A DNA stretch of 45,701 nt, from positions 1 to 45,701 of the forward strand of contig JAXHSS010000003.1 in assembly GCA_034190675.1 (NCBI GenBank), read 5' to 3'. The position numbers were made by a program, and so were the translations under genes. How positions within the stretch are numbered: the stretch's first letter is position 1; every line of letters starts with the position of its first letter. Below are positions 9,813 to 20,913 of the stretch, piece after piece. Source of the stretch: Pseudomonadota bacterium. Its GTDB lineage: Bacteria; Pseudomonadota; Gammaproteobacteria; Pseudomonadales; JAXHSS01. Below the pieces are notes generated by a model. The model was not told where the DNA came from. It did not search any database and was given only the letters and a program-made list of their open reading frames with translations.

Positions 9813-10232
9813 TTAACTGAAGAGCGCCATTGCCGTAATAACAATCACAGCAATCATTGCCAGCAGGCCTACCACATAAAAATAACTCCGTGGGCTGGGA
9901 TTCTTTTCTGTCGCAATCACATAATAAAGCACCATATGAATCAGGCGGGCAACGGCATAAGTCCAAACCGCATAGCAAAGCCAAGAGGCATTAACGCCAA
10001 CCATCATTGCCAAAAAGACCATGACAGCAAAGGGTAGCGTGTTTTCTAATGAGTTTAAAAACGTTCGTTCGCTTCTGAACACGAAAGACTCATGTCCCAA
10101 GCTAGGATCTGTGATACCCGGAATGTATTGTTTTTGGCTGCGGTGAGCAACCATAGCGATTAATGCCTGAACAAAAACGGTCGTTAGGATCAACCAAAGA
10201 CCCGTCAAACTCGACGCATAGATTTCAAACAT
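9813..10232 (-). CDS. MAPEG-family membrane protein (membrane-associated glutathione transferase-like)
   Basis: About 139 aa with 3-4 TM helices and MAPEG-like loop motifs (FRSERTFLNSLENTLPF). I chose the start at 10232 because GGAGGA lies just upstream. The track's longer start at 10304 would run into the divergent promoter region. Confidence 0.65.
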   Translation of the reverse strand: MFEIYASSLTGLWLILTTVFVQALIAMVAHRSQKQYIPGITDPSLGHESFVFRSERTFLNSLENTLPFAVMVFLAMMVGVNASWLCYAVWTYAVARLIHMVLYYVIATEKNPSPRSYFYVVGLLAMIAVIVITAMALFS

Positions 10233-10272
10233 GATGTCCTCCTCATCATTCGATGGATTGTGGGTTTCATTG

Positions 10273-10346
10273 TGCACCATTTGGTGCATAATTGAGTGAT
10301 TCACTATAGATTGATTTTAGGTTGCGCGCAAGTTAATTGCACGCAA
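10273..10346. promoter_or_regulatory. Palindromic operator candidates in MAPEG/ohrR divergent intergenic region
   Basis: There is a perfect 16-bp palindrome tgcaccatttggtgca (10273-10288). Two near-identical 10-bp palindromic boxes follow: ttgcgcgcaa (10322-10331) and ttgcacgcaa (10337-10346). Confidence 0.4.
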
Positions 10347-10352
10347 TATTTA

Positions 10353-10826
10353 ATGTCCGAAAAAACAACGCCTGCTCACTCCGATCAACACGACGATCCA
10401 ACGCTTTGGCTTGAGAACCAAATCTGCTTTCCTTTATACAGCGCACATAATGCGCTATTGCGAACTTATCGCCCGATTCTTGAGTTGTTGGATCTGACTT
10501 ATCCGCAGTACTTGGTCATGCTCGCCCTCTGGAAAGAGCAACCTGTCACGGTATCTGAGCTCGGCCGATGCCTGTTTCTCGACTCTGGCACACTCACACC
10601 CCTGCTCAAACGCATGGAAGCCAAGGGGCTCATCACCCGAAAGAAAAGCGCACAAGATGAGCGGGTAAAACAGATTGAACTTACAGCCAAAGGTCAAGAG
10701 CTCAAAAAGCAGGCCAAAGGCGTCCCCGAGCAATTAGCCCAAAAAAACACCGATATGACGATGGAAGAAATTTCCCAGCTCAAAGCCCTTTGCGAGAAGT
10801 TTTTTGATCAATTAAACGATCGTTGA
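10353..10826 (+). CDS. ohrR: MarR-family regulator of the OhrR (organic hydroperoxide sensing) type
   Basis: The N-terminal LENQICFPLYSA segment carries the conserved sensing Cys of OhrR proteins. The wHTH contains TVSELGRCLFLDSGTLTPLLKRMEAKGLITR. I prefer the start at ATG 10353 over the track's 10296. Confidence 0.75.
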   Translation: MSEKTTPAHSDQHDDPTLWLENQICFPLYSAHNALLRTYRPILELLDLTYPQYLVMLALWKEQPVTVSELGRCLFLDSGTLTPLLKRMEAKGLITRKKSAQDERVKQIELTAKGQELKKQAKGVPEQLAQKNTDMTMEEISQLKALCEKFFDQLNDR

Positions 10827-10857
10827 GCCATCAGTAAAGCAAAAAAGCCTGTAGATA

Positions 10858-10890
10858 CAAAAAAGCCGCTGACAGTGCAGCGGCTTTTTT
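10858..10890. terminator. Bidirectional intrinsic terminator between ohrR and pnp
   Basis: The hairpin is aaaagccgctg-acagtg-cagcggctttttt, with flanking A and T runs. Confidence 0.7.
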
Positions 10891-10913
10891 AGAAAGAAAA
10901 GTGTAGGCGTTAA

Positions 10914-13031
10914 TTACGCGTCAGCACTTTCTTCTTTTGCTGGCTTTTCGATCAATGCTTTCATTGAAAGCTTCATACGACCGCGGTTATCCACCTCAAG
11001 CAGCTTCACTTCTACGTCCTGACCTTCTTGTAGATAGTCAGTGACTTTTTCTACACGCTCGTGAGCAATTTCAGAAACATGCAGAAGACCGTCAACGCCC
11101 ATAGGAAGCGTAATAAACGCGCCATAAGCTTCGATGCGCGCTACTTTACCCGCATATACCTTGCCCGCCTCAGGCACTTCAGTCATTTTCTCGATACGTG
11201 CTAGCGCCTCTTCTGCGCCTTCACGTGTCTCACCGTAAATATTCACTGAACCGTCGTCTTCGATGTTAATCTCAGTGCCAGTTGCTTCAGTCAATGCTTT
11301 AATCGTTGCACCACCTTTACCGATGATGTCACGGATTTTGTCCGTAGGAACCTTAGTCTTAAGCAAGGTTGGCGCTGTTGAAGCAACCGCTTCACGCGAA
11401 CTCGAAAGCGACTTGCTCATTTCACCAAGAATATGAATACGGCCATCACGAGCTTGATTAAGCGCGATTTCCATAATCTTTTCATTGATACCTTCAATTT
11501 TGATATCCATCTGAAGCGCTGTTACGCCTTTTTCAGTTCCCGCAACTTTAAAGTCCATATCACCCAAGTGATCTTCATCACCCAAGATGTCAGACAATAC
11601 CGCGAACTTCTCATCTTCTTTAATCAAACCCATGGCGATACCAGCCACTGGCGCCTTCAATGGCACACCAGCGTCCATCAATGCCAATGAGCTACCGCAA
11701 ACAGAAGCCATTGAAGATGAACCGTTTGACTCAGTAATCTCAGAAACGACACGAATGGTATACGGGAACTCATCCGTCGTTGGTAGTACAGCTGCAATAC
11801 CGCGACGTGCCAAACGGCCATGACCGATTTCACGACGACCTGGTGAACCCATACGGCCTGCTTCACCAACACAGTATGGAGGGAAGTTATAATGCAACAT
11901 GAAGTTGTCGTAATGAAGACCATTGATGCCGTCAATCATCTGGGCATCTTTTAGAGCGCCCAGAGTTGAAACAACAATTGCCTGCGTTTCACCACGAGTA
12001 AACAAGGCTGAGCCATGTGTCTGTGGCAATAAGCTTACTTTGGTATCGATAGGACGAACGGTTTTCACGTCACGGCCATCGATACGGCTTTCGCCAGCAA
12101 GAATACTATCGCGAACAATACGCTTCTCAAGCTTAGACACCATGCCTTCAACTTCTTTTGCGCTATAAGCCGCGTTTTCTTCAGCCGCCAGCTTTTCAAC
12201 AGCTTGCGCTTTCAACTCGCCCACTTTGGCATAACGTTCCATTTTTTCACGGATCTGATAAGCCGCTTTCAGGCCTTCTCCCACTTGCGCTTTAACCGCT
12301 TCTTTAAGCTCAACGTTTTCCGCTGGAGCTTGCCATTCCCATTTTGGCGTGTTCACCTCAGCCGCGAACTCGTTGACCGCTTCGATCACTTTTTGCATTT
12401 CCATGTGACCAAACAAAACCGCGCCTAGCATTTGATCTTCTGAAAGCTCTTTAGCTTCAGATTCAACCATCAATACAGCACGCTCAGTACCCGCAACAAC
12501 CAAATCAAGCAATGAAGCTTCGGTGTCTTCAATCGATGGGTTCAAAATATACAAACCATCTTTAAAACCAACACGCGCAGCGCCGATAGGACCATTAAAA
12601 GGAACACCTGAAATCGCCAAAGCTGCTGAAGTACCAATCATCGCAACGATATCTGGATCAACGCTCTTCTCAGCTGACATTACCGTACAAACGACTTGCA
12701 CTTCGTTTTTAAAACCATCAGCAAACAAAGGACGAATCGGGCGGTCAATCAAACGCGCCGTTAGTGTTTCTTTCTCTGTTGGACGACCTTCACGCTTCAA
12801 GAAACCGCCAGGAATGCGGCCTGTTGAATAATATTTTTCTGTGTAGTTTACCGTGAGAGGGAAAAAGTCTTGATCTGGGTTAGCATCTTTTTTTGCTACA
12901 ACCGTAACCAAAACACTGGTCTTACCCATGGTTACCATCACAGCACCTGTCGCTTGACGAGCAATGCGGCCAGTCTCTAGAACAACCGTATCATCGCCAT
13001 AAGCAAATTCTTTTCTTACTACATTAAACAT
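10914..13031 (-). CDS. pnp: Polyribonucleotide nucleotidyltransferase (PNPase)
   Basis: 705 aa with two RNase PH-like halves. The KH domain contains [13 protein letters not shown] and a C-terminal S1 domain contains [13 protein letters not shown]. Confidence 0.97.
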   Translation of the reverse strand: MFNVVRKEFAYGDDTVVLETGRIARQATGAVMVTMGKTSVLVTVVAKKDANPDQDFFPLTVNYTEKYYSTGRIPGGFLKREGRPTEKETLTARLIDRPIRPLFADGFKNEVQVVCTVMSAEKSVDPDIVAMIGTSAALAISGVPFNGPIGAARVGFKDGLYILNPSIEDTEASLLDLVVAGTERAVLMVESEAKELSEDQMLGAVLFGHMEMQKVIEAVNEFAAEVNTPKWEWQAPAENVELKEAVKAQVGEGLKAAYQIREKMERYAKVGELKAQAVEKLAAEENAAYSAKEVEGMVSKLEKRIVRDSILAGESRIDGRDVKTVRPIDTKVSLLPQTHGSALFTRGETQAIVVSTLGALKDAQMIDGINGLHYDNFMLHYNFPPYCVGEAGRMGSPGRREIGHGRLARRGIAAVLPTTDEFPYTIRVVSEITESNGSSSMASVCGSSLALMDAGVPLKAPVAGIAMGLIKEDEKFAVLSDILGDEDHLGDMDFKVAGTEKGVTALQMDIKIEGINEKIMEIALNQARDGRIHILGEMSKSLSSSREAVASTAPTLLKTKVPTDKIRDIIGKGGATIKALTEATGTEINIEDDGSVNIYGETREGAEEALARIEKMTEVPEAGKVYAGKVARIEAYGAFITLPMGVDGLLHVSEIAHERVEKVTDYLQEGQDVEVKLLEVDNRGRMKLSMKALIEKPAKEESADA

Positions 13032-13099
13032 CTTATTTCCTACAAATTTGACAGCCCATGCTGTCGGGTTTTCTTACAAGTTTTCTTTCGTTCAATAGC

Positions 13100-13130
13100 A
13101 AAAAAGGGCAACCCTGTGGCTGCCCTTTTA
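13100..13130 (-). terminator. rpsO terminator / pnp leader hairpin
   Basis: On the minus strand the hairpin is aagggcagcc-acag-ggttgccctt followed by TTTTT. It lies between rpsO and pnp. Confidence 0.7.
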
Positions 13131-13139
13131 AGCGATTGC

Positions 13140-13409
13140 TTATCGACGTAGACCGAGACGCTTAATCAAATCTTGATAACGCGAAAGGTCTTTTTTCTTC
13201 AAGTAATCAAGCAATTTACGACGCGCATTAACCATACGGATCAAACCACGACGTGAGTGGTGATCTTTCTTATGGTCTTTAAAGTGCGACTGAAGGTCGT
13301 TAATACGGTGAGTCAAAAGTGCTACCTGCACCTCTGGTGAACCTGTGTCACCTTCACCACGTGCGTATTCAGCAACGATTTTTGCTTTTTCTTCGATAGA
13401 AATTGTCAT
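13140..13409 (-). CDS. rpsO: 30S ribosomal protein S15
   Basis: 89 aa starting from ATG 13409, with GGAGAA upstream. The C-terminus is [24 protein letters not shown]. The track's TTG start at 13421 is rejected. Confidence 0.95.
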   Translation of the reverse strand: MTISIEEKAKIVAEYARGEGDTGSPEVQVALLTHRINDLQSHFKDHKKDHHSRRGLIRMVNARRKLLDYLKKKDLSRYQDLIKRLGLRR

Positions 13410-13481
13410 ATGTTTCTCCAATGAATATGCTTAAAAACACACCGCAACCACGCATATTAGTAGTAACGGCGAACCTGAGCG

Positions 13482-14396
13482 CTATTGCGACTCAGGCGAA
13501 CGTATCAAACGCTTCGGATAAACCTTAGCGTCTGATTTTACTTCCCCAACACCCAAGAAACGCTCACTGCCTTGCTCAAACAGAGCAACCGGCGAAGCCT
13601 CTTCTTGCTCAACAAATACAGCATGACCATGCATCAGTCGCTGAGTTTGCTCTTTGTCTAGGTGGCATTGCACCCAGTCTTGAACCGCGGTATGGATCGG
13701 CAAAAAAGTTTGAAGCGCTGCCCCAAGGCTCAATGCCTCCACAGCTTCTAGGGCCTGACAGTCATCTAACTGAAACGGACCTGCCTTCAAGCGGCGCAAT
13801 TTTACCACATGCGCCCCGCAATTAAAAACGTTTCCAATATCATCCACCAAGGTGCGTACATAGGTACCCTTACTGCAATCGATTCGAAGAGTTAGCATCG
13901 GCGGTTGCCAATCAATAAGCTCAAGTTGATAGATGGTAATGGTGCGCGCCTTACGCTCAATCTCAATGCCTTCGCGAGCCAGCTCATATAAGGGTTTGCC
14001 CTGGTGCTTTAACGCAGAATACATGGGCGGAATTTGCCCAATTTCCCCAGTAAAATCAGCCAAAACGGCTTGAATATCGGATTCGCTAAGATCAGGCACT
14101 GGCGTGGTTTTTAGTACCTCGCCTTCACTATCCAATGTGTCGGTCACTTCACCTAATTTAGCGGTTACTTGGTAGGACTTATCGGCATCTAGCCAATACT
14201 GTGACAACTTAGTCGCCTCACCCAGACAGATCGGTAAAACACCTGTTGCTATTGGATCTAGCGCACCGGTATGGCCTGCTTTTTGCGCATTAAGCAAGCG
14301 CTTAGCACGCTGCAACACTTGGTTTGAGCTCATTCCCTGAGGTTTGTCGATCAGCAAAATGCCATCGATCGGATTGCCTCGACGCTTTCTAGCCAT
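13482..14396 (-). CDS. truB: tRNA pseudouridine(55) synthase
   Basis: Motif GHTGALDPIATGVLPI containing the catalytic Asp. It occupies the conserved position after rbfA. Confidence 0.95.
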   Translation of the reverse strand: MARKRRGNPIDGILLIDKPQGMSSNQVLQRAKRLLNAQKAGHTGALDPIATGVLPICLGEATKLSQYWLDADKSYQVTAKLGEVTDTLDSEGEVLKTTPVPDLSESDIQAVLADFTGEIGQIPPMYSALKHQGKPLYELAREGIEIERKARTITIYQLELIDWQPPMLTLRIDCSKGTYVRTLVDDIGNVFNCGAHVVKLRRLKAGPFQLDDCQALEAVEALSLGAALQTFLPIHTAVQDWVQCHLDKEQTQRLMHGHAVFVEQEEASPVALFEQGSERFLGVGEVKSDAKVYPKRLIRSPESQ

Positions 14397-14863
14397 TAGG
14401 ACTCAGTCGAAGAATGATCTTGTGACTCTTCTGGTGAAGGCGCTGCACCTTCATCTGTAGCATCTTTTGCTTTGGCCTTACTCAGTGCCGCTTTGATTTT
14501 TTCCGCCTCACGAGGCAAGTCATCATAGTGATAACGAAGCTCGGGCGTGACACGAAGCTTCACTCGTTTCGCGATTTCACGACGAATAAAGGGGTTAGCA
14601 TGGCTCAATGCCTTTTCTATTTCACGCTGTTTATCAGAGAGCTCCTGCTCAGATAAAACCGACTCTTTGGTCATCAGCATCAGATCAGAAAAGTACACAT
14701 CAGCGACAGAAAGATCATTCGTCACGCGTACATCGGTAACCGTCAACATGCCAACGCGAGGATCTTTCAGCTCAAACTGAAAGATCTGCGCTAGCTCTTT
14801 TTTGATCTGATCTGCCACCTTAAATGGCCGAGAGCTAGGATTTCTGTTTAAGAAATCGTTCAT
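14396..14863 (-). CDS. rbfA: Ribosome-binding factor A
   Basis: Conserved RVADQIKKELAQI-like N-terminus. The start overlaps the infB stop. It has an acidic C-terminal extension. Confidence 0.9.
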   Translation of the reverse strand: MNDFLNRNPSSRPFKVADQIKKELAQIFQFELKDPRVGMLTVTDVRVTNDLSVADVYFSDLMLMTKESVLSEQELSDKQREIEKALSHANPFIRREIAKRVKLRVTPELRYHYDDLPREAEKIKAALSKAKAKDATDEGAAPSPEESQDHSSTES

Positions 14864-17592
14864 TAAATCTCTCGTTTAACTTCAGTGACTTTGAAGACTT
14901 CGATCTGATCGCCTGGCTGAACATCGTTATACCCTTTAACGGCTATACCACATTCCGTACCACTTTTCACTTCGGCGACATCGTCTTTAAAGCGTCGTAA
15001 TGACTCAAGCTCGCCTTCATAGACAACAACGTTATCACGAAGAACACGGATAGGCTCATTCTTGTAAACCACACCTTCTGTTACGATTGAGCCGGCAACT
15101 GCGCCAAACTTCGACGAACGGAAGACATCTTTCACCTGAGCAATGCCCACGATCTCTTCACGACGCTCTGGAGCCAACAAGCCCGACATTGCCGCTTTCA
15201 CGTCATCAATAAGCTCATAGATCACGCTGTAATAGCGCATATCAATACCTTCAGCTTCCGCTAACTTCTTCGAAGCATTATCAGCACGCACATTAAAGCC
15301 CAGAATAAAAGCATCCGAGGTAATCGCCAAGTGAACGTCAGATTCGCTGATACCACCAACACCGCCAGTCACAATCGCGACCTTCACTTCATCGGTACTC
15401 AAATCATTCAATGCTGCGCTGATCGCTTCTAATGAACCGCGCACATCGGCTTTAAGAATAATATTGACCACTTGTGCTTGATCTTTACCCATGTTGGCAA
15501 ACATGTTTTCAAGCTTCGATGCCTGCTGACGCGACAAACGCTCCTCACGCTCATTCGCCTCGCGGAAAGACGCCACTTCTTTTGCCTTGCGGTCATTCTC
15601 GACCACCATGAACTTATCACCCGCGTTAGGTACATCGTTCAGACCCAAGATTTCAACAGGAATCGAAGGGCCCGCTTTCTTCACTTGGCGACCTTGGTCA
15701 TCAATCATTGCGCGAACACGGCCATATGTCGTACCTGCTAAAACGGTATCACCTACTTTTAGCGCACCTTCTTGTACTAGTAGCGTAGTCACTGAACCGC
15801 GGCCTTTTTCAAGCTTCGATTCAATCACAACACCTTCAGCAACACCTTCTTCATGCGCGGCAAGTTCAAGTAGCTCAGCCTGTAATGAGATATTTTCCAA
15901 GAGGTCATCAATGCCCTGACCTGTATGCGCAGACACTGGAATAAATGGATAATCACCACCCCAGTCTTCTGGAACCACCTCTTTGGCGGCCATGTCTGAC
16001 TTAATACGCTCAAGATCAGCGCCTTCTTTGTCAATCTTGTTAACCGCAATGATAATTGGCAAATTCGCCGCCTTCGCGTGCTGGATCGCCTCTTCTGTCT
16101 GTGGCATAACACCATCATCTGCTGCAACAACAATAATAACGATATCCGTTGCTTTTGCACCACGGGCACGCATCGCTGTAAAGGCCGCGTGACCAGGCGT
16201 ATCTAGGAATGTGATATTACCTGCCTTTGAATCCACATTATAAGCACCAATATGCTGCGTAATACCGCCAGCCTCGCCATCAGCAACATGCGCCTTACGG
16301 ATATAATCCAGCAACGACGTTTTACCGTGGTCAACGTGACCCATAATCGTGACAACAGGCGCTCGAGCCTTCAAACCATCATCTTTACGTTGAATATCAT
16401 CCGCCAACGCATCCTCAATAGCTGTTTCACTCAAATGTTTAGGCTCATGACCAAACTCTTCAACCACCAAGGCCGCCGTATCATAGTCAATGCTCTGATT
16501 CGCCGTCACCATTTCGCCCATCTTGAACATCTCTTTAACCAGTTGATTAACCTTAATGCTCATTTTTTGCGCTAAGTCAGTCACTGAAATCATGCTACCA
16601 ATTTCAATGATTTTGATTTGCTTCTCTGTCGGGGCTTGGAAGCCGTGGTTACCCAAAATACTGCTTTTATTCAGTGGGCGCTTCGGATCGCGCTCAGCCT
16701 GTTCGTTACGACGGCCACCAGCACGCTTCTTCGCATCTTTTCTACGGCGAATTTCCCGAGCCTCTTTTTCTAAGCTCGACTCAAACGCCTGTTCAACCAG
16801 TTTACTGCCATGCTCAATCTTAGTTTCCACCGGCTTGTTTTGATCCGCCTTTTCAGCTTCATCTTTGTACTTTTCAACCAACTTAGCCGTTTGCTTAGCG
16901 GCTTTAGCCTCCAAGTCTTTCTGGCCCTTACGCTCAGCATCATGGCGTTCTTTTTCAGCCTGTACTTTTTTACGCTCTTCTTCAGCTAACCTAGCCGCTT
17001 TTTCATCAATAGCTGACGTATCGACTAGCTTGCGCTTGCTAGATTCTTTGGCCGTCTGCTTCTCTTTTTCTGTCTGCTCAGCTTTTGGCTGCTGCTTTTT
17101 GGCTTTTTTCTCTGCGATTTCCTTTTCTTTAGCCACCGCTGCTGCTTCTTTCTTACGCTCTTCTTCCTCAGCTGCTTGCTTTCGCTCCTCTTCTGCAGCC
17201 TTGCGAGCTGCCTCTTCCGCCTCAAGCTTTGCGCGCTCTTCCGCTTCTTTTTGCAGGCGCTCTTCTTCTACTTTTTTATTCTGGTTTTCAATCACACTAC
17301 GCTTAATGTACGTGCGCTTTTTGCGCACCTCAACATTAACCGTCTTGCTCTTACCCGAAGCACCAGCTGTTTTGATCGTCGAAGTCGATTTACGACTAAG
17401 CGTAATTTTCTTCGGCGCCTCATCTTGACCATGAGATTGGCGCAAGAACGCCAATAGTTTTTGCTTTTCTTCATCACTCACCACATCTTCAGCGGCGCCT
17501 TTTTCGACACCCGCATCTTTGAGTTGCGCGAGTAAACGCTCCACATCAATTTTCAATATGGTTGCGAGTTTTTCTACGGTTACATCTGCCAT
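14863..17592 (-). CDS. infB: Translation initiation factor IF-2
   Basis: 909 aa with a K/E/A-rich N-terminal region. G-domain motifs are [17 protein letters not shown] and NKID. Confidence 0.97.
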   Translation of the reverse strand: MADVTVEKLATILKIDVERLLAQLKDAGVEKGAAEDVVSDEEKQKLLAFLRQSHGQDEAPKKITLSRKSTSTIKTAGASGKSKTVNVEVRKKRTYIKRSVIENQNKKVEEERLQKEAEERAKLEAEEAARKAAEEERKQAAEEEERKKEAAAVAKEKEIAEKKAKKQQPKAEQTEKEKQTAKESSKRKLVDTSAIDEKAARLAEEERKKVQAEKERHDAERKGQKDLEAKAAKQTAKLVEKYKDEAEKADQNKPVETKIEHGSKLVEQAFESSLEKEAREIRRRKDAKKRAGGRRNEQAERDPKRPLNKSSILGNHGFQAPTEKQIKIIEIGSMISVTDLAQKMSIKVNQLVKEMFKMGEMVTANQSIDYDTAALVVEEFGHEPKHLSETAIEDALADDIQRKDDGLKARAPVVTIMGHVDHGKTSLLDYIRKAHVADGEAGGITQHIGAYNVDSKAGNITFLDTPGHAAFTAMRARGAKATDIVIIVVAADDGVMPQTEEAIQHAKAANLPIIIAVNKIDKEGADLERIKSDMAAKEVVPEDWGGDYPFIPVSAHTGQGIDDLLENISLQAELLELAAHEEGVAEGVVIESKLEKGRGSVTTLLVQEGALKVGDTVLAGTTYGRVRAMIDDQGRQVKKAGPSIPVEILGLNDVPNAGDKFMVVENDRKAKEVASFREANEREERLSRQQASKLENMFANMGKDQAQVVNIILKADVRGSLEAISAALNDLSTDEVKVAIVTGGVGGISESDVHLAITSDAFILGFNVRADNASKKLAEAEGIDMRYYSVIYELIDDVKAAMSGLLAPERREEIVGIAQVKDVFRSSKFGAVAGSIVTEGVVYKNEPIRVLRDNVVVYEGELESLRRFKDDVAEVKSGTECGIAVKGYNDVQPGDQIEVFKVTEVKREI

Positions 17593-17641
17593 GATTTTAG
17601 CTTTAACCTCTATATTCGTTTATCTGTATCGTTCGTATCAA

Positions 17642-19114
17642 TTACTCAAACCAGGGCGCTCGAGCGGTCATAATCAAAGCACCGGCCTGCTCATCCGTCA
17701 TGCCTTCGATATCCATCAAATCATCAATGGATTGCTCTGCCAACTCTTCCATCGTCTTAATGCCTTTATTCGCAAGAACATGAGCTAGCTCATCATTCAT
17801 GCCTTCCATGTTCAACAGGTCATCGGCTGGCTCTTCTTGCTCTTCTGTCATGAGTGCTTTGGTCAGAATTACATCTTTAGCCCGACCCCGCAGGGCATTA
17901 ACGACATCTTCATCAAACACTTCAATTTCAAGCATCTCATTGATCGGCACGTAAGCCACTTCTTCAAGCGTAGTGAAACCTTCCTCGTAAAGAATCTCAG
18001 CAATATCCTGATCAACATCCAGATCCTGCATCAAATCGGTGATCACTTTCTCACCTTCAGACTGCTGCTTCGCCTCAGCATCAGCAAGCGTCATGATGTT
18101 AAGCTCCCAACCCGTTAACTCGCTGGCCATGCGCACGTTTTGACCATTTCGGCCAATCGCTTGCGCTAAGAACTCTTCTTCAACGGCGATATCCATTGAA
18201 TGGCGCTCTTCATCAACCACAATGCTAGACACCTCAACCGGTGATAATGCATTGATCACAAACTGCGCTGGATTGCCATCCCATAAAATAATATCAACAC
18301 GCTCACCACCTAACTCATTCGAGATAGCCTGAACGCGCTGACCACGCATACCGACACAAGCACCTACTGGGTCAATACGCTTATCGCCCGTGCGAACCGC
18401 TACTTTAGCGCGCACACCCGGCTCACGAACCGCACCTTCGATCTGGATAATGTCATCCGCAATTTCTGGCACTTCCATGCGGAACAGTTCGACCAACATA
18501 TCTGGATGCGTACGGCTAAGGATCAACTGAGGACCTCGACCAGAATCATTAATCTCAGCGATAACGGCACGAACACGCTCATTCATACGGAACGCTTCAC
18601 GCGGCAATGCATCTGTTCGGTTGAGCAAGCCTTCGGCATTGCCACCGAAATCAATAATAATGCTCTCACGTGTTACACGCTTAACCGCACCCATAATGAC
18701 TTCGCCTTCACGGCCACGGTACTGATCAACAATGAGGTTGCGCTCAGCTTCACGCACCTTCTGATAAATCACTTGCTTTGCTGTTTGCGCCGCGATACGA
18801 CCAAATGCAATCGACTCAATTTCTTCTTCGATAATGCTACCGATCTCGGCCTCAGGATCTTCCTCAACGGCGTCTTTCATCAGCAACTGGTTGTCTGGCT
18901 CTTCAAACTCGTCCATCTCAACCACTTCCCATTGGCGATAGGTTTTGTAGTCGCCCGTGATCGGATCAATCTCAACGCGAACACGCACCGCATCAGCATG
19001 CTTTTTGCGCGTAGCTGCCTCAATGGCCGCCTCAATCGCTTTTAAGATCACCGTTTGATCAACACCCTTTTCGTTCGAAACGGTTTCTGCAACTAATAAA
19101 AGTTCTTTACTCAT
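17642..19114 (-). CDS. nusA: Transcription termination/antitermination factor NusA
   Basis: 490 aa with S1 and tandem KH regions ([34 protein letters not shown]) and C-terminal acidic repeats. Confidence 0.97.
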   Translation of the reverse strand: MSKELLLVAETVSNEKGVDQTVILKAIEAAIEAATRKKHADAVRVRVEIDPITGDYKTYRQWEVVEMDEFEEPDNQLLMKDAVEEDPEAEIGSIIEEEIESIAFGRIAAQTAKQVIYQKVREAERNLIVDQYRGREGEVIMGAVKRVTRESIIIDFGGNAEGLLNRTDALPREAFRMNERVRAVIAEINDSGRGPQLILSRTHPDMLVELFRMEVPEIADDIIQIEGAVREPGVRAKVAVRTGDKRIDPVGACVGMRGQRVQAISNELGGERVDIILWDGNPAQFVINALSPVEVSSIVVDEERHSMDIAVEEEFLAQAIGRNGQNVRMASELTGWELNIMTLADAEAKQQSEGEKVITDLMQDLDVDQDIAEILYEEGFTTLEEVAYVPINEMLEIEVFDEDVVNALRGRAKDVILTKALMTEEQEEPADDLLNMEGMNDELAHVLANKGIKTMEELAEQSIDDLMDIEGMTDEQAGALIMTARAPWFE

Positions 19115-19133
19115 TGTTATTTCCTATCCACCA

Positions 19134-19595
19134 CTATTTAGAAAAATCAGGAATGACATTTGCCTTTTCAACATTCTTAAAGGCAATCTCAACAGGCGCA
19201 GCGCCATTGGGCTCAAACTCAAAGCTTGTCTCACCAACGCTCAGCAATCGACCTGAAAACTTACGTGCTTTATTGACGGGCAAACGCAGGCGAAGCTTCA
19301 ATGTTTCACCCACAAACGCAGCATACTGCTCGGCGCTAAAGAGCATACGATCCATACCCGGTGAAGACACCTCCAAGGTATAGGCCGACTGAATGGGATC
19401 CTCAACATCCATCAAACCACTAACATGGTGACTGACCTCAGCGCAATCATCGACACTGATTCCCTGCTCATGGTCAATATAGATCCGCAACACCGCAAAT
19501 TTACCATTCGGCAAATACTCCACACCCCACAGTTCAAAGCCCAAGGCCTCAACCGTTGGGCGAATCATTTGCGCGACTTGATCTGCACGTTTCAA
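19134..19595 (-). CDS. rimP: Ribosome maturation factor RimP
   Basis: Motif MIRPTVEALGFELWGVEY and a conserved position upstream of nusA. The start is uncertain. TTG at 19595 has GAGGG 8 nt upstream; the track's TTG at 19610 and ATG at 19568 are alternatives. Confidence 0.88.
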   Translation of the reverse strand: MKRADQVAQMIRPTVEALGFELWGVEYLPNGKFAVLRIYIDHEQGISVDDCAEVSHHVSGLMDVEDPIQSAYTLEVSSPGMDRMLFSAEQYAAFVGETLKLRLRLPVNKARKFSGRLLSVGETSFEFEPNGAAPVEIAFKNVEKANVIPDFSK

Positions 19596-19608
19596 ATTCC
19601 AAACCCTC

Positions 19609-19640
19609 AAAAAACAAAAAAGCCCCTAAAAAAGGAGCCA
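19609..19640 (-). terminator. Terminator/attenuator-like hairpin immediately upstream of rimP
   Basis: On the minus strand the sequence is GGCUCCU-UUUUU-AGGGGCU followed by UUUUUGUUUUUUG. The stem has two G-U pairs. Its position matches the leader terminators known upstream of rimP-nusA in E. coli. Confidence 0.45.
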
Positions 19641-19683
19641 TCCGACAGTTTCAAAGCAAGCGAAAAACCGATGCTTAAAACCA

Positions 19684-19907
19684 CAACATTGCCGACCAAA
19701 ACACAAGTCAGCGCTGAATTTGATGCGAAGAGTACAAGAAAAACCGTTGATAATCAAGAAGTTTTGCTGATCAGCACCTGCCTGCAACAAGTGCTTTTCA
19801 GCACAATCAACACAGACTTGGAGACAAAACTTTTATTGAGATTTTAAGCAAGCAACACTTTTAAGTGCTCGCCTACTTTTGAAGGCCTTTGATGTTGGTA
19901 GCGGGGG
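19684..19907. repeat. Left 224-bp direct repeat (tRNA-rimP spacer plus last 12 nt of tRNA-fMet at 19896-19907)
   Basis: It aligns base-for-base with 34901-35124. I count 5 substitutions (19730, 19757, 19772, 19828, 19880) and no indels. It ends in tggtagcggggg, which is the complement of CCCCCGCUACCA. Confidence 0.92.
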
Positions 19908-20790
19908 AGGAAAGCCCCGCCATGGCCAGGCTCACGTCCCAGAGCCGCCCAGCGGTTGCTTTGTCTTTGGCCTTTTTTGCCATACGGGCTGGTTTGCTGT
20001 TGGAGAAATAGCCTCTAGTTACTGATGCAATATCAGGTGAGCTTGCTAAGTAGACGCTGGTCTCTGCCCCTTTTCTGGCGTAATTAACAAGGGCCTGACC
20101 CATTGAATGATTTGTTGCCGATCCCTGACTCATTGTTCTGTCCAAATCCACTGCGCACGGCCCCTGGGTGCAAGGCGTTCGCGGTGACTGCGGTTCCCTC
20201 AAACCGTCGTGCCAGCTCCTGAGTGAATAAAACGTTGGCTAATTTCGCGTGATTGTAGGCGTGTATTCGGTGAAGCGAACTTCGCACTTGAGGTCATTGA
20301 AATCAATTTTACCTACCCAGTGGACTATAGACGATACTGTAATAATTCGAGCAGGCGCCGATGCCTTAAGCAGGTCCAACAGTAAATGGGTTAGTAAGTA
20401 ATGGGCCAGATGGTTGGTGCCAAAGGTCATTTCGAAACCGTCTTTGGTGAGCAGTCTGTCCTTGTTCATGCCTCCAGCATTGTTCACCAGTACGTCTAAG
20501 CTGTTGGTCTTAGCCCTCACCTGTTCCGCCATATCGCGCACAGAGTCAAGATCACTGAAATTACTTTCAACAAACTCAACCTAGTGGTTGCCGGTGCTCT
20601 CTTTGATAGCTGTCACTGTGTGGGCTCCCTTTTCATGGTTACGCACATGGACAAAGACCCGTGCCCCCCATAGACGCCAGCGCATCCGCTGTTTTCTCAC
20701 CCACGCCATTGGTGGCCACGGTCACCAATACGGCTTTACCTGTCATGGAGATACTGGAGGAGTTGTTAACTGCTGTTGTCATGGAAAGAA
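19908..20790 (-). pseudogene. Short-chain dehydrogenase/reductase (retinol-dehydrogenase-like SDR), disrupted
   Basis: The SDR sequence is spread over at least 4 frames. MTGKAVLVTVATNGVGEKTA (cofactor-binding motif) is followed by a frameshift in a G/C run near 20671-20678. An in-frame TAG lies at about 20581-20583. Later pieces are LVNNAGG, IITVSSIVH and [18 protein letters not shown] (YxxxK). The last frame reads through the island junction into the tRNA fragment. Confidence 0.75.
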
Positions 20791-20913
20791 ACCCTAAATT
20801 AATTTTATTGTTTTCACATTTCGTTCACGACGGCTTCACCATCCATTGACGAAGAGGGTTTTAAAGTCTTCGAAGAATCAATAGAGGCAGAAGCCTCACC
20901 AACCAAATGGAGA

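Noticed and set aside
10233-10352. The longer track starts for the MAPEG gene (10304) and ohrR (10296), which would make the two divergent genes overlap.
   Set aside because: Internal starts with good RBS or context (10232 and 10353) give typical protein lengths. They also leave a normal divergent promoter region containing palindromes.
15429-17477. Many 60-190-aa ORFs on both strands inside infB (for example 16865-17428, 17025-17225, 17176-17457).
   Set aside because: Their products are low-complexity (S/A/F/L-rich or K/R-rich). They mirror the K/E/A-rich N-terminal region of IF-2 and are nested in an unambiguous essential gene.
19425-19847. A 140-aa plus-strand ORF spanning the rimP 5' end and the left repeat, with its 60-aa counterpart at 34882-35064 in the right repeat.
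   Set aside because: They lie antisense to rimP or in the intergenic spacer. They have no RBS and no recognisable protein features. The two copies differ in start context, which is consistent with chance frames in repeated non-coding DNA.
19846-19873. A hairpin in the repeat just downstream of the tRNA (minus strand GCGAGCA-CTTAAAAGTGT-TGCTTGC), considered as a tRNA terminator.
   Set aside because: The stem is only 7 bp with a G-U pair and an 11-nt loop, and no U tract follows. That is too weak to call.
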